Positions 9,729 through 18,366 of a DNA stretch of 64,000 nt are shown piece after piece. Position 1 is the first letter of the stretch. Each line of letters opens with the position of its first letter. The stretch is taken from the NCBI GenBank assembly GCA_003165315.1, contig PLSX01000216.1, positions 21,172 to 85,171 on the forward strand. The letters are read 5' to 3'. The notes beneath the pieces were generated by a model. It ran no database searches. It worked only from the letters and a program-made list of their open reading frames with translations, and was not told the origin of the DNA. The position numbers and the translations under genes are program-made. The stretch is from Acidobacteriota bacterium (GTDB lineage Bacteria > Acidobacteriota > Terriglobia > UBA7540).

Positions 9729-12338
9729 TCACTCATATCGCAGCGCCACCATGGGATCGACGTTGGCCGCCCGTCTTGCAGGCACATAGACTGCCAGGCA
9801 TGCAATTGCACCAAGCAAGAATGAAACCGCGACGTAGGTCAGCAGGTCTGTGGGGGCTGTATGATATAGAAAGGTGGCTAGCGTACGCGATAATACGAAA
9901 GCTCCGGCCAGCCCCAGCACGATTCCCAAAAGAATGACTCGCATCCCCTGCACAATCATCATCCGCATGATGTCCTTGCGGCGAGCGCCCAGTGCGACGC
10001 GCACGCCAACTTCATGAGTCCGCTGGGTGACCGTATACGCCGTCACGCCATACACTCCACTGGCGGCGATCAGCACGGCCAAAATTGCAAACGTGCCGAG
10101 CAATAGCAACCGCTCGCGGCGGTCGGCCAAGGATTCAGCAAGCCGCTGGTCCATTGTCTTCACGTCCGACAGGGGCTGGTTCTTATCAACGGCCATCACT
10201 ACATTCCGGAGCGCGGACACGTAGTTCAAGGGGGCGGACGACGTGCGGACAATAACGTCCATAAAACCAGACGGTTCCTGTAAGTAGGAGGTGAACAGTT
10301 CAGGCATCACGTTTTCGCTAAGGCCGAGGTGGTGCGTATCCGCTACCACCCCCACAACGGTTCGCCATATGCCGTCATCCAGGATTCGCCTGCCGACAGC
10401 ATCCTGCCCCGGAAACAGCGCCCGGGCAAGGCTCTGGTCTAGAATCAATACCGGCGGCGACCCGGCAGCATCATGGTCGCTGAAAAAACGTCCCGCAAGT
10501 AACCTGATCCCCATCGCCTGGAAGTAATCCGGTGTCACAATTCCCGGGCAATAAGGAGTGTTACTTTCCGGCTGGCCTTCCGGCTTCAAACCGTTCCCGA
10601 GGGAGTTAAACATCGTAAAGGGCATCTCGGTTGTCGCCCCGGCAAATTCCACTCCCGGCATAGCCCTGAGCCGCTCAAGCACCTGCCGATAGAACTCTCT
10701 TTGATGTGCGGGGTCGTAGATATTTCCCGGTGGTAGCAAAACCTCGGCCGTGAGGACGTTGTGCGGGTCGATACCCGAGTCAACTTTGAGGAGAAGCAAG
10801 AAACTCCGCACTAATAAGCCCGCCCCCACCAGTAGCAGAACGGAAATGCCCAATTGCACGACAACCATCGCACTGTGGAGCCGTCGGTACGTTTTCGACT
10901 CACCGAAGTGACGTGTGTTCTCCTTGAGGGAATCGGCAAGGCGAAGCTTGGAGACCGTCAACGCTGGGACTAGGCCGAAGAGGATCGCTGCCAGCCCGCA
11001 GCAAACCACGGTTAAGGCCAGGACTCTGAAGTCGACATGCGCATGTGCCGCCACCGATCCTGGCACGTAGGATTGCAGGATGGTGGTCAGTGAGGGGACA
11101 ATGAGCAACCCAAGACCGCCACCGCCGACAGCCAACAGCGTACTCTCCGTGAGCATCTGCCGGATCAGCCGCGCCCGGCCGGCGCCAATCACGGCCCGAA
11201 CCGCGATTTCCTTCTTTCGAGTGACGGCGCGGGCCAGCAGCATATTGGCCACATTGGCGCATGCAATCAAGAGGACCAACCCTACCGCCCCCAGCATGAC
11301 ATACAACGCCGGGCGAACGTCGCGAGTAAGCCAATCGAGCAGAGGAATCAGGCTGACGTGGGCAGAGGCATGGTAGCGCGACCATGGCGGAGGATACTGT
11401 TTGTCCATCCGGCGCGTGGCAACCTCCAGAGCTGCCTGGGCCTGCTCAATGCCAACGCCAGGCTTGAGCCGACCGATAACACTCACGACGCCCATCGCCC
11501 TGCCGGGGCGCGCCGCTTCGGGCGGCACGGCGAAGGGCAGCCAAACCGCTTCCCCTTTGGACCCTGGGTGAATGAAAAGGCGGGGCATTACGCCGACCAC
11601 GGTGTAGCTCGCCCCGTCCAAAATTAGCGATTTACCCAGCACATTTGGGTCGGCATTGAAATAGCCCTGCCACAGGTCCTGACTGACCACCGCAACGCGG
11701 TCGTGCCCAGGTTGTCCTTCCTCTGGCAAGAAGGTGCGCCCGAGGGCGGGTTGGACTCCAAGGGCCAGGAAGAAACTTGGGGTGACATGGCCGGCCATGA
11801 TGCGTTCCGGCCTCACACCTCCGGTCAGATTGATGCCCCGAGTGGTGTCGAATACGCCCAGTTGATCAAATATCTTCTCCTCTTTTTCCCAGGCTGCGTA
11901 CTCGGGCGTGAGCACGATGGCGCGGCCGGAAGGCGGCATAAATTCTGTGACCCAAACTACCCGCCCCGGATCTGGATAAGGTAAAGGCTGTAACAGGACG
12001 GCATCAATAACCGTGAAGATGGCAGTGTTCGCCCCTATGCCGAGGGCTAGCGTAATGACCGCCACTGCCGTGAAACCGGGATTCTTGCGCAACTGGCGCA
12101 AACCGAAGCGAAGGTCTTGAAAAAGCTCTTCCAGCCAGCGAAAGCCCCAGGTGTCGCGGGTCATTTCCTTGATCAATCCGACGTTTCCGAATTCGCGGAG
12201 GGCGGAGGCGCGGGCATCTTCGTCGGATTCGCCCCGCTCCATGCGATCCTGCGCGGCCATTTGCAGATGCGCCTGGACCTCTTCGTCCAGTTCTTCATCA
12301 CGCTGCTCCCGGCGAAACAATCGATCCCAGAGATTCAT
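9729..12338 (-). CDS. ADOP-family duplicated MacB-like (FtsX-domain) permease, paralog
   Basis: 869 aa with the same conserved N-terminus and duplicated permease architecture. It lies directly downstream of padR. Confidence 0.9.
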   Translation of the reverse strand: MNLWDRLFRREQRDEELDEEVQAHLQMAAQDRMERGESDEDARASALREFGNVGLIKEMTRDTWGFRWLEELFQDLRFGLRQLRKNPGFTAVAVITLALGIGANTAIFTVIDAVLLQPLPYPDPGRVVWVTEFMPPSGRAIVLTPEYAAWEKEEKIFDQLGVFDTTRGINLTGGVRPERIMAGHVTPSFFLALGVQPALGRTFLPEEGQPGHDRVAVVSQDLWQGYFNADPNVLGKSLILDGASYTVVGVMPRLFIHPGSKGEAVWLPFAVPPEAARPGRAMGVVSVIGRLKPGVGIEQAQAALEVATRRMDKQYPPPWSRYHASAHVSLIPLLDWLTRDVRPALYVMLGAVGLVLLIACANVANMLLARAVTRKKEIAVRAVIGAGRARLIRQMLTESTLLAVGGGGLGLLIVPSLTTILQSYVPGSVAAHAHVDFRVLALTVVCCGLAAILFGLVPALTVSKLRLADSLKENTRHFGESKTYRRLHSAMVVVQLGISVLLLVGAGLLVRSFLLLLKVDSGIDPHNVLTAEVLLPPGNIYDPAHQREFYRQVLERLRAMPGVEFAGATTEMPFTMFNSLGNGLKPEGQPESNTPYCPGIVTPDYFQAMGIRLLAGRFFSDHDAAGSPPVLILDQSLARALFPGQDAVGRRILDDGIWRTVVGVVADTHHLGLSENVMPELFTSYLQEPSGFMDVIVRTSSAPLNYVSALRNVVMAVDKNQPLSDVKTMDQRLAESLADRRERLLLLGTFAILAVLIAASGVYGVTAYTVTQRTHEVGVRVALGARRKDIMRMMIVQGMRVILLGIVLGLAGAFVLSRTLATFLYHTAPTDLLTYVAVSFLLGAIACLAVYVPARRAANVDPMVALRYE

Positions 12339-12428
12339 GGCGGACCTTCTTTAAGTGCACGGCGATTCAAGGTTCCGGAATCTCAATTCCGAATTCCGGA
12401 TTCAGAATTCCGGATCCATAATCGCTAT

Positions 12429-12782
12429 TCAAAATTCCGGCTTCATAATCCCTGCCACGGCGTTGACGATTTGCTCCCAGCGAACTTGCTCGGATTGCAA
12501 CTGCTTCCTGCCGGCGGCGGTGAGTCGATAAAACTTGGCGCGCTGCTTGCTCTCCGTCTGCTTCCATTGCGACGTTACCCAACCCTGCTTTTCCAGGCGA
12601 TGGAGCGCCGGGTAGAGCGACCCTGTTTCCACCTGCAGGATTTCGCCCGAGCGTCCCCGGATGGAGTGGGAGATGGCGTATCCGTGCAGCGGCCCCCAAA
12701 CGAGGGTCTGGAGAATCAGCATGTCGAGCGTGCCCTGCAATAAATCAATGCGGTTCTGATCGCGTTCGGTTTTCGGTTTCAT
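12429..12782 (-). CDS. PadR-family transcriptional regulator
   Basis: 117 aa. LLQGTLDMLILQTLVWGPLHGYAISHSI...GSLYPALHRLEKQGWV is the PadR winged-helix signature. The PadR + ADOP arrangement is typical of Acidobacteria. Confidence 0.9.
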   Translation of the reverse strand: MKPKTERDQNRIDLLQGTLDMLILQTLVWGPLHGYAISHSIRGRSGEILQVETGSLYPALHRLEKQGWVTSQWKQTESKQRAKFYRLTAAGRKQLQSEQVRWEQIVNAVAGIMKPEF

Positions 12783-12996
12783 GATGTAGGCAATCTACAT
12801 CCAAGGCTGTAGGTTGTCAACACCCTTGCGGCGGGTCGGGACGATTGCACTCTTTCCCCCGGAATGGGCGATCAGCGTTCGCGGTCCCCCAATTTTTTCT
12901 GACGCATCGCAGCCGTCGCGTGTAGTATTACGGGCGGGCTGGCCCTTCATGAACGGGGCGGGACGGCATCTTCAAAACCAAGCTTAGGGGGACTCG

Positions 12997-13809
12997 ATGA
13001 GATTACAGGGCAAAGTGGCGATCGTCACGGGCGCGGCGCAGGGCATCGGCCGGGGAAGTGCGATCCAATTTGCGAAAGAGGGGGCAAAGGTCACGGTGGC
13101 GGATATCCAGGCCGACCAGGGCCAGGAGACGGTGCGCCTGATCGAAAGCAAGGGCGGCGAGGCCATTTTTGTTCAGACCGATGTATCCAAAGAAGACAAC
13201 GTCCGCAATATGGTGGAGAAGACGGTGGAGCGTTGGGGCCGCGTTGACATCCTGTTCAACAATGCCGGCTACGCCGCGGTGAAGCTGGTGGAAGACACCA
13301 CCGAGGCCGAATGGGACCACCTCATGGCCGTCAATTTGAAGTCAATCTTCTTTGGAGTGAAGTACGTTGTGCCCCTCATGCGCAAACAAGGGGGCGGCGC
13401 GATCCTGAACATGGGATCGATCAGCGGTCTGACGGGCCAGATGCGGACTCCGGGCTATGTTGCTTCCAAGGGAGCGGTCGTTATGCTTACCAAATCTCTG
13501 GCGCTCGACTACGGCTGTGACAATATCCGCGTGAATTGCGTTTGCCCCGGCATCACTGACACGCCTGCTTTGCGGAAGCACATTGACGCCGCCGCTGACC
13601 CGGAAGCACTGATCAAGGAGCGGTTGACCCGCGTGCCCCTGGGCCGTTTCCTGACCCCTGAGGACATTGGCAAGGCGGCGGTCTATCTGGTGTCCGATGA
13701 GAGCGATGGCATTACCGGAATCGCCCATATCGTGGATGGCGGGTTGCTGGCCGCTGCGGAGTACAGCTCAACCTGGCTGCCCAAGAAGCCGGAAGGGGAA
13801 AAGCAGTAG
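12997..13809 (+). CDS. short-chain dehydrogenase/reductase (SDR) family oxidoreductase
   Basis: TGAAQGIGRG cofactor motif, NNAG, and catalytic YVASKGAV (YxxxK). 270 aa. Confidence 0.9.
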   Translation: MRLQGKVAIVTGAAQGIGRGSAIQFAKEGAKVTVADIQADQGQETVRLIESKGGEAIFVQTDVSKEDNVRNMVEKTVERWGRVDILFNNAGYAAVKLVEDTTEAEWDHLMAVNLKSIFFGVKYVVPLMRKQGGGAILNMGSISGLTGQMRTPGYVASKGAVVMLTKSLALDYGCDNIRVNCVCPGITDTPALRKHIDAAADPEALIKERLTRVPLGRFLTPEDIGKAAVYLVSDESDGITGIAHIVDGGLLAAAEYSSTWLPKKPEGEKQ

Positions 13810-13916
13810 GCAGTTAGCAATAGGCAATAAGCATTTGGCGGTAGGCAGATGGATCATCAAGCCCTGATTCCCAAAGAGCAGATGACATCATTATGAAGCA
13901 GTGACGCGCCCCAAGC

Positions 13917-14537
13917 CTATTGCGTCTTTTGGGAGTGATAGACGACGCCGAAGCCCAGGCGAATGCGGCCTTGCGTATCTCCACCGTTATTGGGCAGGTA
14001 GGAGCGAACGTAATCCGCTTCCACGGCGCGAATGGCGATGTGTTTGGTAATGGCAATGTCCCAGCCCCCGCCCACCTGATAGAGAAAGGAGCTGGCGTGA
14101 GTATCCAATCCGGTTGATTTGGGAAAGACGCTGCTCATACCGCGTGCGCCGCCCACCAAAGCTTCGCCGAACACCCTGCTTTCATGCTTGGAATTGGATT
14201 TGAAACGGAAGGTGTAACGGGGTCCAACCGCAAAGTCGACTTCATTCAGGCCCACACCCGGAGCAATGCGGGAAGCATGCTCTCCCGTCAAGTTAAGGGC
14301 GAAACCGAAACCGCGGTGGAAAGTCATGGCGCCGTCAATGCTGGCCCCCTGCATCCAAAAGCTACCCGCGCCGCTGGGCGTGATCTGCCCCTGTTCGGTG
14401 GAGTAGAATGCTGCCAGGTCAGTGGTAGACCCCTGGGAGCCCGAGGGCGAAGAGGATTTATCCTGCGCGCGCGCCATGGTGCCGCCCAGGGCGACGATAC
14501 CTGCAAGAAGCGCAATTGTTAGAGACGTAGTTCGCAT
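13917..14537 (-). CDS. outer-membrane beta-barrel protein (OmpW/porin-like small barrel)
   Basis: Signal peptide MRTTSLTIALLAGIVALGGTMARAQD from the Met at 14537 (AGGGAGAG upstream). Alternating beta-strand pattern. It starts 17 nt after the stop of the FG-GAP gene. Confidence 0.6.
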   Translation of the reverse strand: MRTTSLTIALLAGIVALGGTMARAQDKSSSPSGSQGSTTDLAAFYSTEQGQITPSGAGSFWMQGASIDGAMTFHRGFGFALNLTGEHASRIAPGVGLNEVDFAVGPRYTFRFKSNSKHESRVFGEALVGGARGMSSVFPKSTGLDTHASSFLYQVGGGWDIAITKHIAIRAVEADYVRSYLPNNGGDTQGRIRLGFGVVYHSQKTQ

Positions 14538-14553
14538 TTTCGGTTCTCTCCCT

Positions 14554-17500
14554 TTACTCCACGGTGAAGGTGACGGTGGTCGAGTGCGACAGAGCACCGG
14601 AAGTGGCAGTGACGGTCACCGTATAATTCTTCACTTGTTGCCCGAAATAGCCCGTGCTAGCCCCGCTGCCGCAGGCGGTGAGGCCCAGTGTGGCGCAAGC
14701 TGCCACCATCAATAGAAGCATCAGCCCTGCGAACCGTCCAACTCTACCTCGCGACCGGCGGATCTTGACGCCGAAAGGAAGCAAGAACATTCCACCCACC
14801 ATTGCGAGGGCCAGCCCCCGTCCCAGCGGGTTGGAGGGAATATTCGACACAATCTGGTTGGCCAAATGGATGGTTAGGGTGTCGGTGTCGGTGGATGTAC
14901 CCGCGGCCAGCGTCTGGGGCGCGAAAGTTGCCGTGGCGCCAGTCGGCAGGCCGGTGACGGAGAAAGCAACTGCTGAAGGGAAAATCGCGCTGAGGCTAGG
15001 AGCTGCCAGAACGTTCACGGTGAGCGTGCTTCCCGGAAGAACCAATGGCGGCGCAATCGTGCCCACTGGAAATGCAGCGCTCAGGGTGAAATCTTCCACG
15101 TTCTGCGTAAGCGGCGCGCTGGAGAGGCTGACGTAGTTGGCGTCACCGTTGTAGACTGCGGTGATGGAGTGCCCACCGATGGCAAGGCTCGACGTCGTGT
15201 AAGTGGCCACGCCCTGTGTCAGCGGGACTGGACCTAATCCCAGGGGTATTTGTCCATCTGCGAAAGTGATCGTACCCGTCGGGGCGATGGCCGTTGAAGT
15301 GACAGTGGCCGTGAAGGTAATCGAATTTCCCGAAAAGACGGGATTCAGAGACGATACCAGGCTAACGGTTGCCCTCCCGGCATTGACGGTCAGAGTGACG
15401 CTAGCGCTCACCGATTGGTAATCGGTCGGGTTGGTAGGCGTAAAGGTGACGCCAATTGTGTAGGTGCCCGGTAATAATAAGGTGGTGCCAGTGATGGCAG
15501 TGGAGGCCCCGCCGGAGGGGGTTGCCGTGTAGGCGTAACTCCCCACCACCGCGGTTGTTCCATTCACGGCAGAAGCGCTCAATACCGTGCCAAGTGTCGT
15601 ACCGTAGGTTATGGCCGCCGGCGGGTTCCAGTTCAAGGTGGGAGTGGCTTGGTTGATCTGCAACCCGACGTTTCCACTGCTGGGCAAATAAGTCAAAGCT
15701 CCCAGGAAATTGACCACGATGGAATGAGCACCGAGGCTCAGGGCGGACAAAGCAGGCCCCGTGATCTGGAATTGATTTCCGCCTTTGGCGGCAATCGTCA
15801 ACAGCGTTGTTCCATCCAGGATGGCGGTAAAGTCCGCGGGGGTGATGCCTGCCGCATTTTGTGGGGTTAACGTAGCGACAACAGTGATGGGAATACCGTA
15901 GCCTGCCGGATTGGGCGTGGCCGAGACGGTTAGCGTGGTCGAAGTTCCCGAACCAGTCAGCACAATGGTGCTGGAGTCGCTGGCGTTGTAATTTGGATCA
16001 CTGGAGTAGCTGGCGAATACACTCTGCACGCCTGAGCCCAGGATGCTAACACCCGTCGCCGTGGCAGTTTCCGTCTGTTCTCCAAGAAAGACGCCCGCGT
16101 AATTGGAAGTGCCGGTGACGGCCCCGGCAAAATCGGGTCTGCCGTCTCCATTGAAATCACCCACCGCAACCGCTTGGGGTGTCCCGCCGGCGGGAGAGTT
16201 GCTGGGGCTTCCAAAGGTCCCATCGCCGCTCCCCAGCAGGATACTGAGGTTCTGTGAGTTGACGTTGGCGACGGCCAGGTCGGCTTTTCCATCCACGTTA
16301 AAGTCCCCGACTGCGATGGCATAAGCGGTGTTGCCTGCGGTGTAACCCACAGCGGCGTTGAACAATCCCGTACCCTTATTCAGCAGCACACTTACATTGC
16401 CGGAGCTGGCGACGGCGATGTCCGGGGATCCGTCGGCGTTGAAGTCTGCCACGGCCACACCCCAGGCGCTGTTGCTTGGAAGACTGACGGGATATGTGCT
16501 CTGTGCCTGAAAGGTTCCGTCACCCTTACCCAGTAACACGCTGACGTTGTAGCTGCCGGAGTTCGCCGTCACTACATCCAGAAAGCCATCGCCATTGAGG
16601 TCCGCCACCGCGATACCGAAGGGCGAATTGCCCACCGAATAACCTACGGCTGTTTGGAAGGTGCCATTGCCATTGCCCAGGAGGATGCTCACTGAGCCTG
16701 GGCCGCCACTATAATCCGCCACGGCGAGGTCGAGGATTCCATCTCTATTAAAATCTCCCACCGCCACGGCTGAGGGGAAGCTGCCCGCGGCAAAAGTGGA
16801 CTGAGCGCCAAACGTTCCATCGCCATTCCCCAGAAGTATGCTGACGGTATTACTGCCATAATTGGCTACTGCCAGGTCGGGGATTCCATCGCCGTTAAAA
16901 TCTCCCACCGCCACCGAGTATGGTGATGTCCCCACGGTATAATTCTTGGCGCTGGCAAACGTGCCATCACCATTTCCCAGCAACACGCTGACGGATCCAT
17001 CGGAGCTGTTTGCCACGGCGAGGTCAGAAATTCCATTACCTTTAAAGTCTCCGGCCGCGATGGAATAAGGGTTGGCGCCGGTACCGTAAGTCTGTAGAGG
17101 CCCAAAGCCATTGGCCAGCGTGGCGCTGACAAGAGGGGCCGTAGCGGCAATGGCGTTTTTGTTGCTCTGATTTTCAAAGAAGATGTATCCCGTGGGGGCC
17201 GGAACGCCAAAAGCCGTCAGGGTTCCCGTAAGCGTGTAATCGCCGGCGGTGCCGCTGGATTGGATGGCGGTGGTGGTGAGATCATAGCCCGTTACCAATA
17301 GCGATGAGGCGGTGGAAGTGCTGGAGGCGGTACTGGTTGTCCCTACAAAGACCGCTTTGTAACTGTGGCTGGCGATTCCGGGAACGAAATGCAGCGTCGC
17401 GGTTCCTGCGCTGGTCAATTGCGCCGAGCCCAACAGGTGAATGTCCTCGCAATAGGCTGCCGTGGCGTCGCAGAATTTCACCTGGCCTGGCGAGACGGGC

Positions 17501-17727
17501 GTGGTGCCGGCCAGCACAGTTGCCGTGAGCGTCACCACCGTACCTGACGGTACCGAGGTCACTGCGTTGCCGCCCGCTTTCACAGTCAGCGTCGTGGTGG
17601 TGGCGGCGGGGGGCACGGCCGCAACTGGAAGCGCAGCCATCAGCACCGCGCCAAGCAGCGCAATCAATCCATCGCTCAATTTGTTGATGCGAGCGGCAAT
17701 CGCCATCATCTTCCATATGTTGGACAT
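14554..17727 (-). CDS. large secreted FG-GAP/VCBS-repeat plus Ig-like-domain surface protein
   Basis: About 7 tandem repeats of the type GDFNGDGIPDLAVANYGSNTVSILLGNGDGTF (FG-GAP propeller blades), flanked by Thr/Ser/Val-rich Ig-like segments. The start at MSNIWKMM (17727) has GAGGGGAA upstream. Confidence 0.85.
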   Translation of the reverse strand: MSNIWKMMAIAARINKLSDGLIALLGAVLMAALPVAAVPPAATTTTLTVKAGGNAVTSVPSGTVVTLTATVLAGTTPVSPGQVKFCDATAAYCEDIHLLGSAQLTSAGTATLHFVPGIASHSYKAVFVGTTSTASSTSTASSLLVTGYDLTTTAIQSSGTAGDYTLTGTLTAFGVPAPTGYIFFENQSNKNAIAATAPLVSATLANGFGPLQTYGTGANPYSIAAGDFKGNGISDLAVANSSDGSVSVLLGNGDGTFASAKNYTVGTSPYSVAVGDFNGDGIPDLAVANYGSNTVSILLGNGDGTFGAQSTFAAGSFPSAVAVGDFNRDGILDLAVADYSGGPGSVSILLGNGNGTFQTAVGYSVGNSPFGIAVADLNGDGFLDVVTANSGSYNVSVLLGKGDGTFQAQSTYPVSLPSNSAWGVAVADFNADGSPDIAVASSGNVSVLLNKGTGLFNAAVGYTAGNTAYAIAVGDFNVDGKADLAVANVNSQNLSILLGSGDGTFGSPSNSPAGGTPQAVAVGDFNGDGRPDFAGAVTGTSNYAGVFLGEQTETATATGVSILGSGVQSVFASYSSDPNYNASDSSTIVLTGSGTSTTLTVSATPNPAGYGIPITVVATLTPQNAAGITPADFTAILDGTTLLTIAAKGGNQFQITGPALSALSLGAHSIVVNFLGALTYLPSSGNVGLQINQATPTLNWNPPAAITYGTTLGTVLSASAVNGTTAVVGSYAYTATPSGGASTAITGTTLLLPGTYTIGVTFTPTNPTDYQSVSASVTLTVNAGRATVSLVSSLNPVFSGNSITFTATVTSTAIAPTGTITFADGQIPLGLGPVPLTQGVATYTTSSLAIGGHSITAVYNGDANYVSLSSAPLTQNVEDFTLSAAFPVGTIAPPLVLPGSTLTVNVLAAPSLSAIFPSAVAFSVTGLPTGATATFAPQTLAAGTSTDTDTLTIHLANQIVSNIPSNPLGRGLALAMVGGMFLLPFGVKIRRSRGRVGRFAGLMLLLMVAACATLGLTACGSGASTGYFGQQVKNYTVTVTATSGALSHSTTVTFTVE

Positions 17728-18165
17728 TGACTTTCCCCTCAAATCACAGTTATGGCAAGTCGGCACTTTCCTGCCCCGTTAAGACCTGTTTTACCTCGAC
17801 CCTTCGCTCCAGGGTTGGCCGTCTCTGTCCGACTACGAAGAGTATTCAACCGTGTTTAAAACGTTAAGCACGGCAGCAAGGAGGTCAACGGGTGTGCGGC
17901 TGCTGCAGTTTCATTCTTTCGCGCTGTGCAGAACATTCAATATATTTGCCGGTGCCGTCAAAGTCAATTCGAAACCAAAGGGTTAACCTTGCTCTGGGCT
18001 TCGAGAATTAGGATGCTATCCCCACATTTGTCGTTGTGTTTGGGGGCGATGCCTTTTCTTCCGATGGGTGAAAATACAGGGTTGGTCCATCCCGCAAATG
18101 GGCTTGGTGAAGGGCGAAACGTCCTACAAACTCCCCGTCACGGCAAAGCTTGGGGGGAGATATCC

Positions 18166-18351
18166 TTGAAAATCACGATTGATGTGGACAGGCTGCTGAA
18201 GGAAGGGTGCATCTCCAGCGAGGAGTTCACACGCCTCAAATCGCTGCTGTTTTCCGGCCTTGCTGCCCTCGGAATCGCCTTCTTCATCCTTCGCTTCAAC
18301 CTGAAAGGGAAGGTGGCAGGGCCGGAAAGCTGCACATCCTTGTCGAAGTGA
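18166..18351 (+). CDS. possible small membrane protein (61 aa)
   Basis: TTG at 18166 is preceded by GGGGGGAGA. The product is MKITIDVDRLLKEGCISSEEFTRLKSLLFSGLAALGIAFFILRF... with one hydrophobic helix. This is weak and rests only on an RBS-like element and ORF shape. Confidence 0.25.
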   Translation: MKITIDVDRLLKEGCISSEEFTRLKSLLFSGLAALGIAFFILRFNLKGKVAGPESCTSLSK

Positions 18352-18366
18352 AGGTATCGAACATCG

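Noticed and set aside
17926-18351. Full-length 141-aa ORF from the ORF track
   Set aside because: The N-terminal 80 residues (Cys/Arg/Leu-rich, no RBS) look non-coding. Only the last 61 codons, starting at TTG 18166 with an upstream GGAGA, are retained, as a low-confidence small membrane protein.
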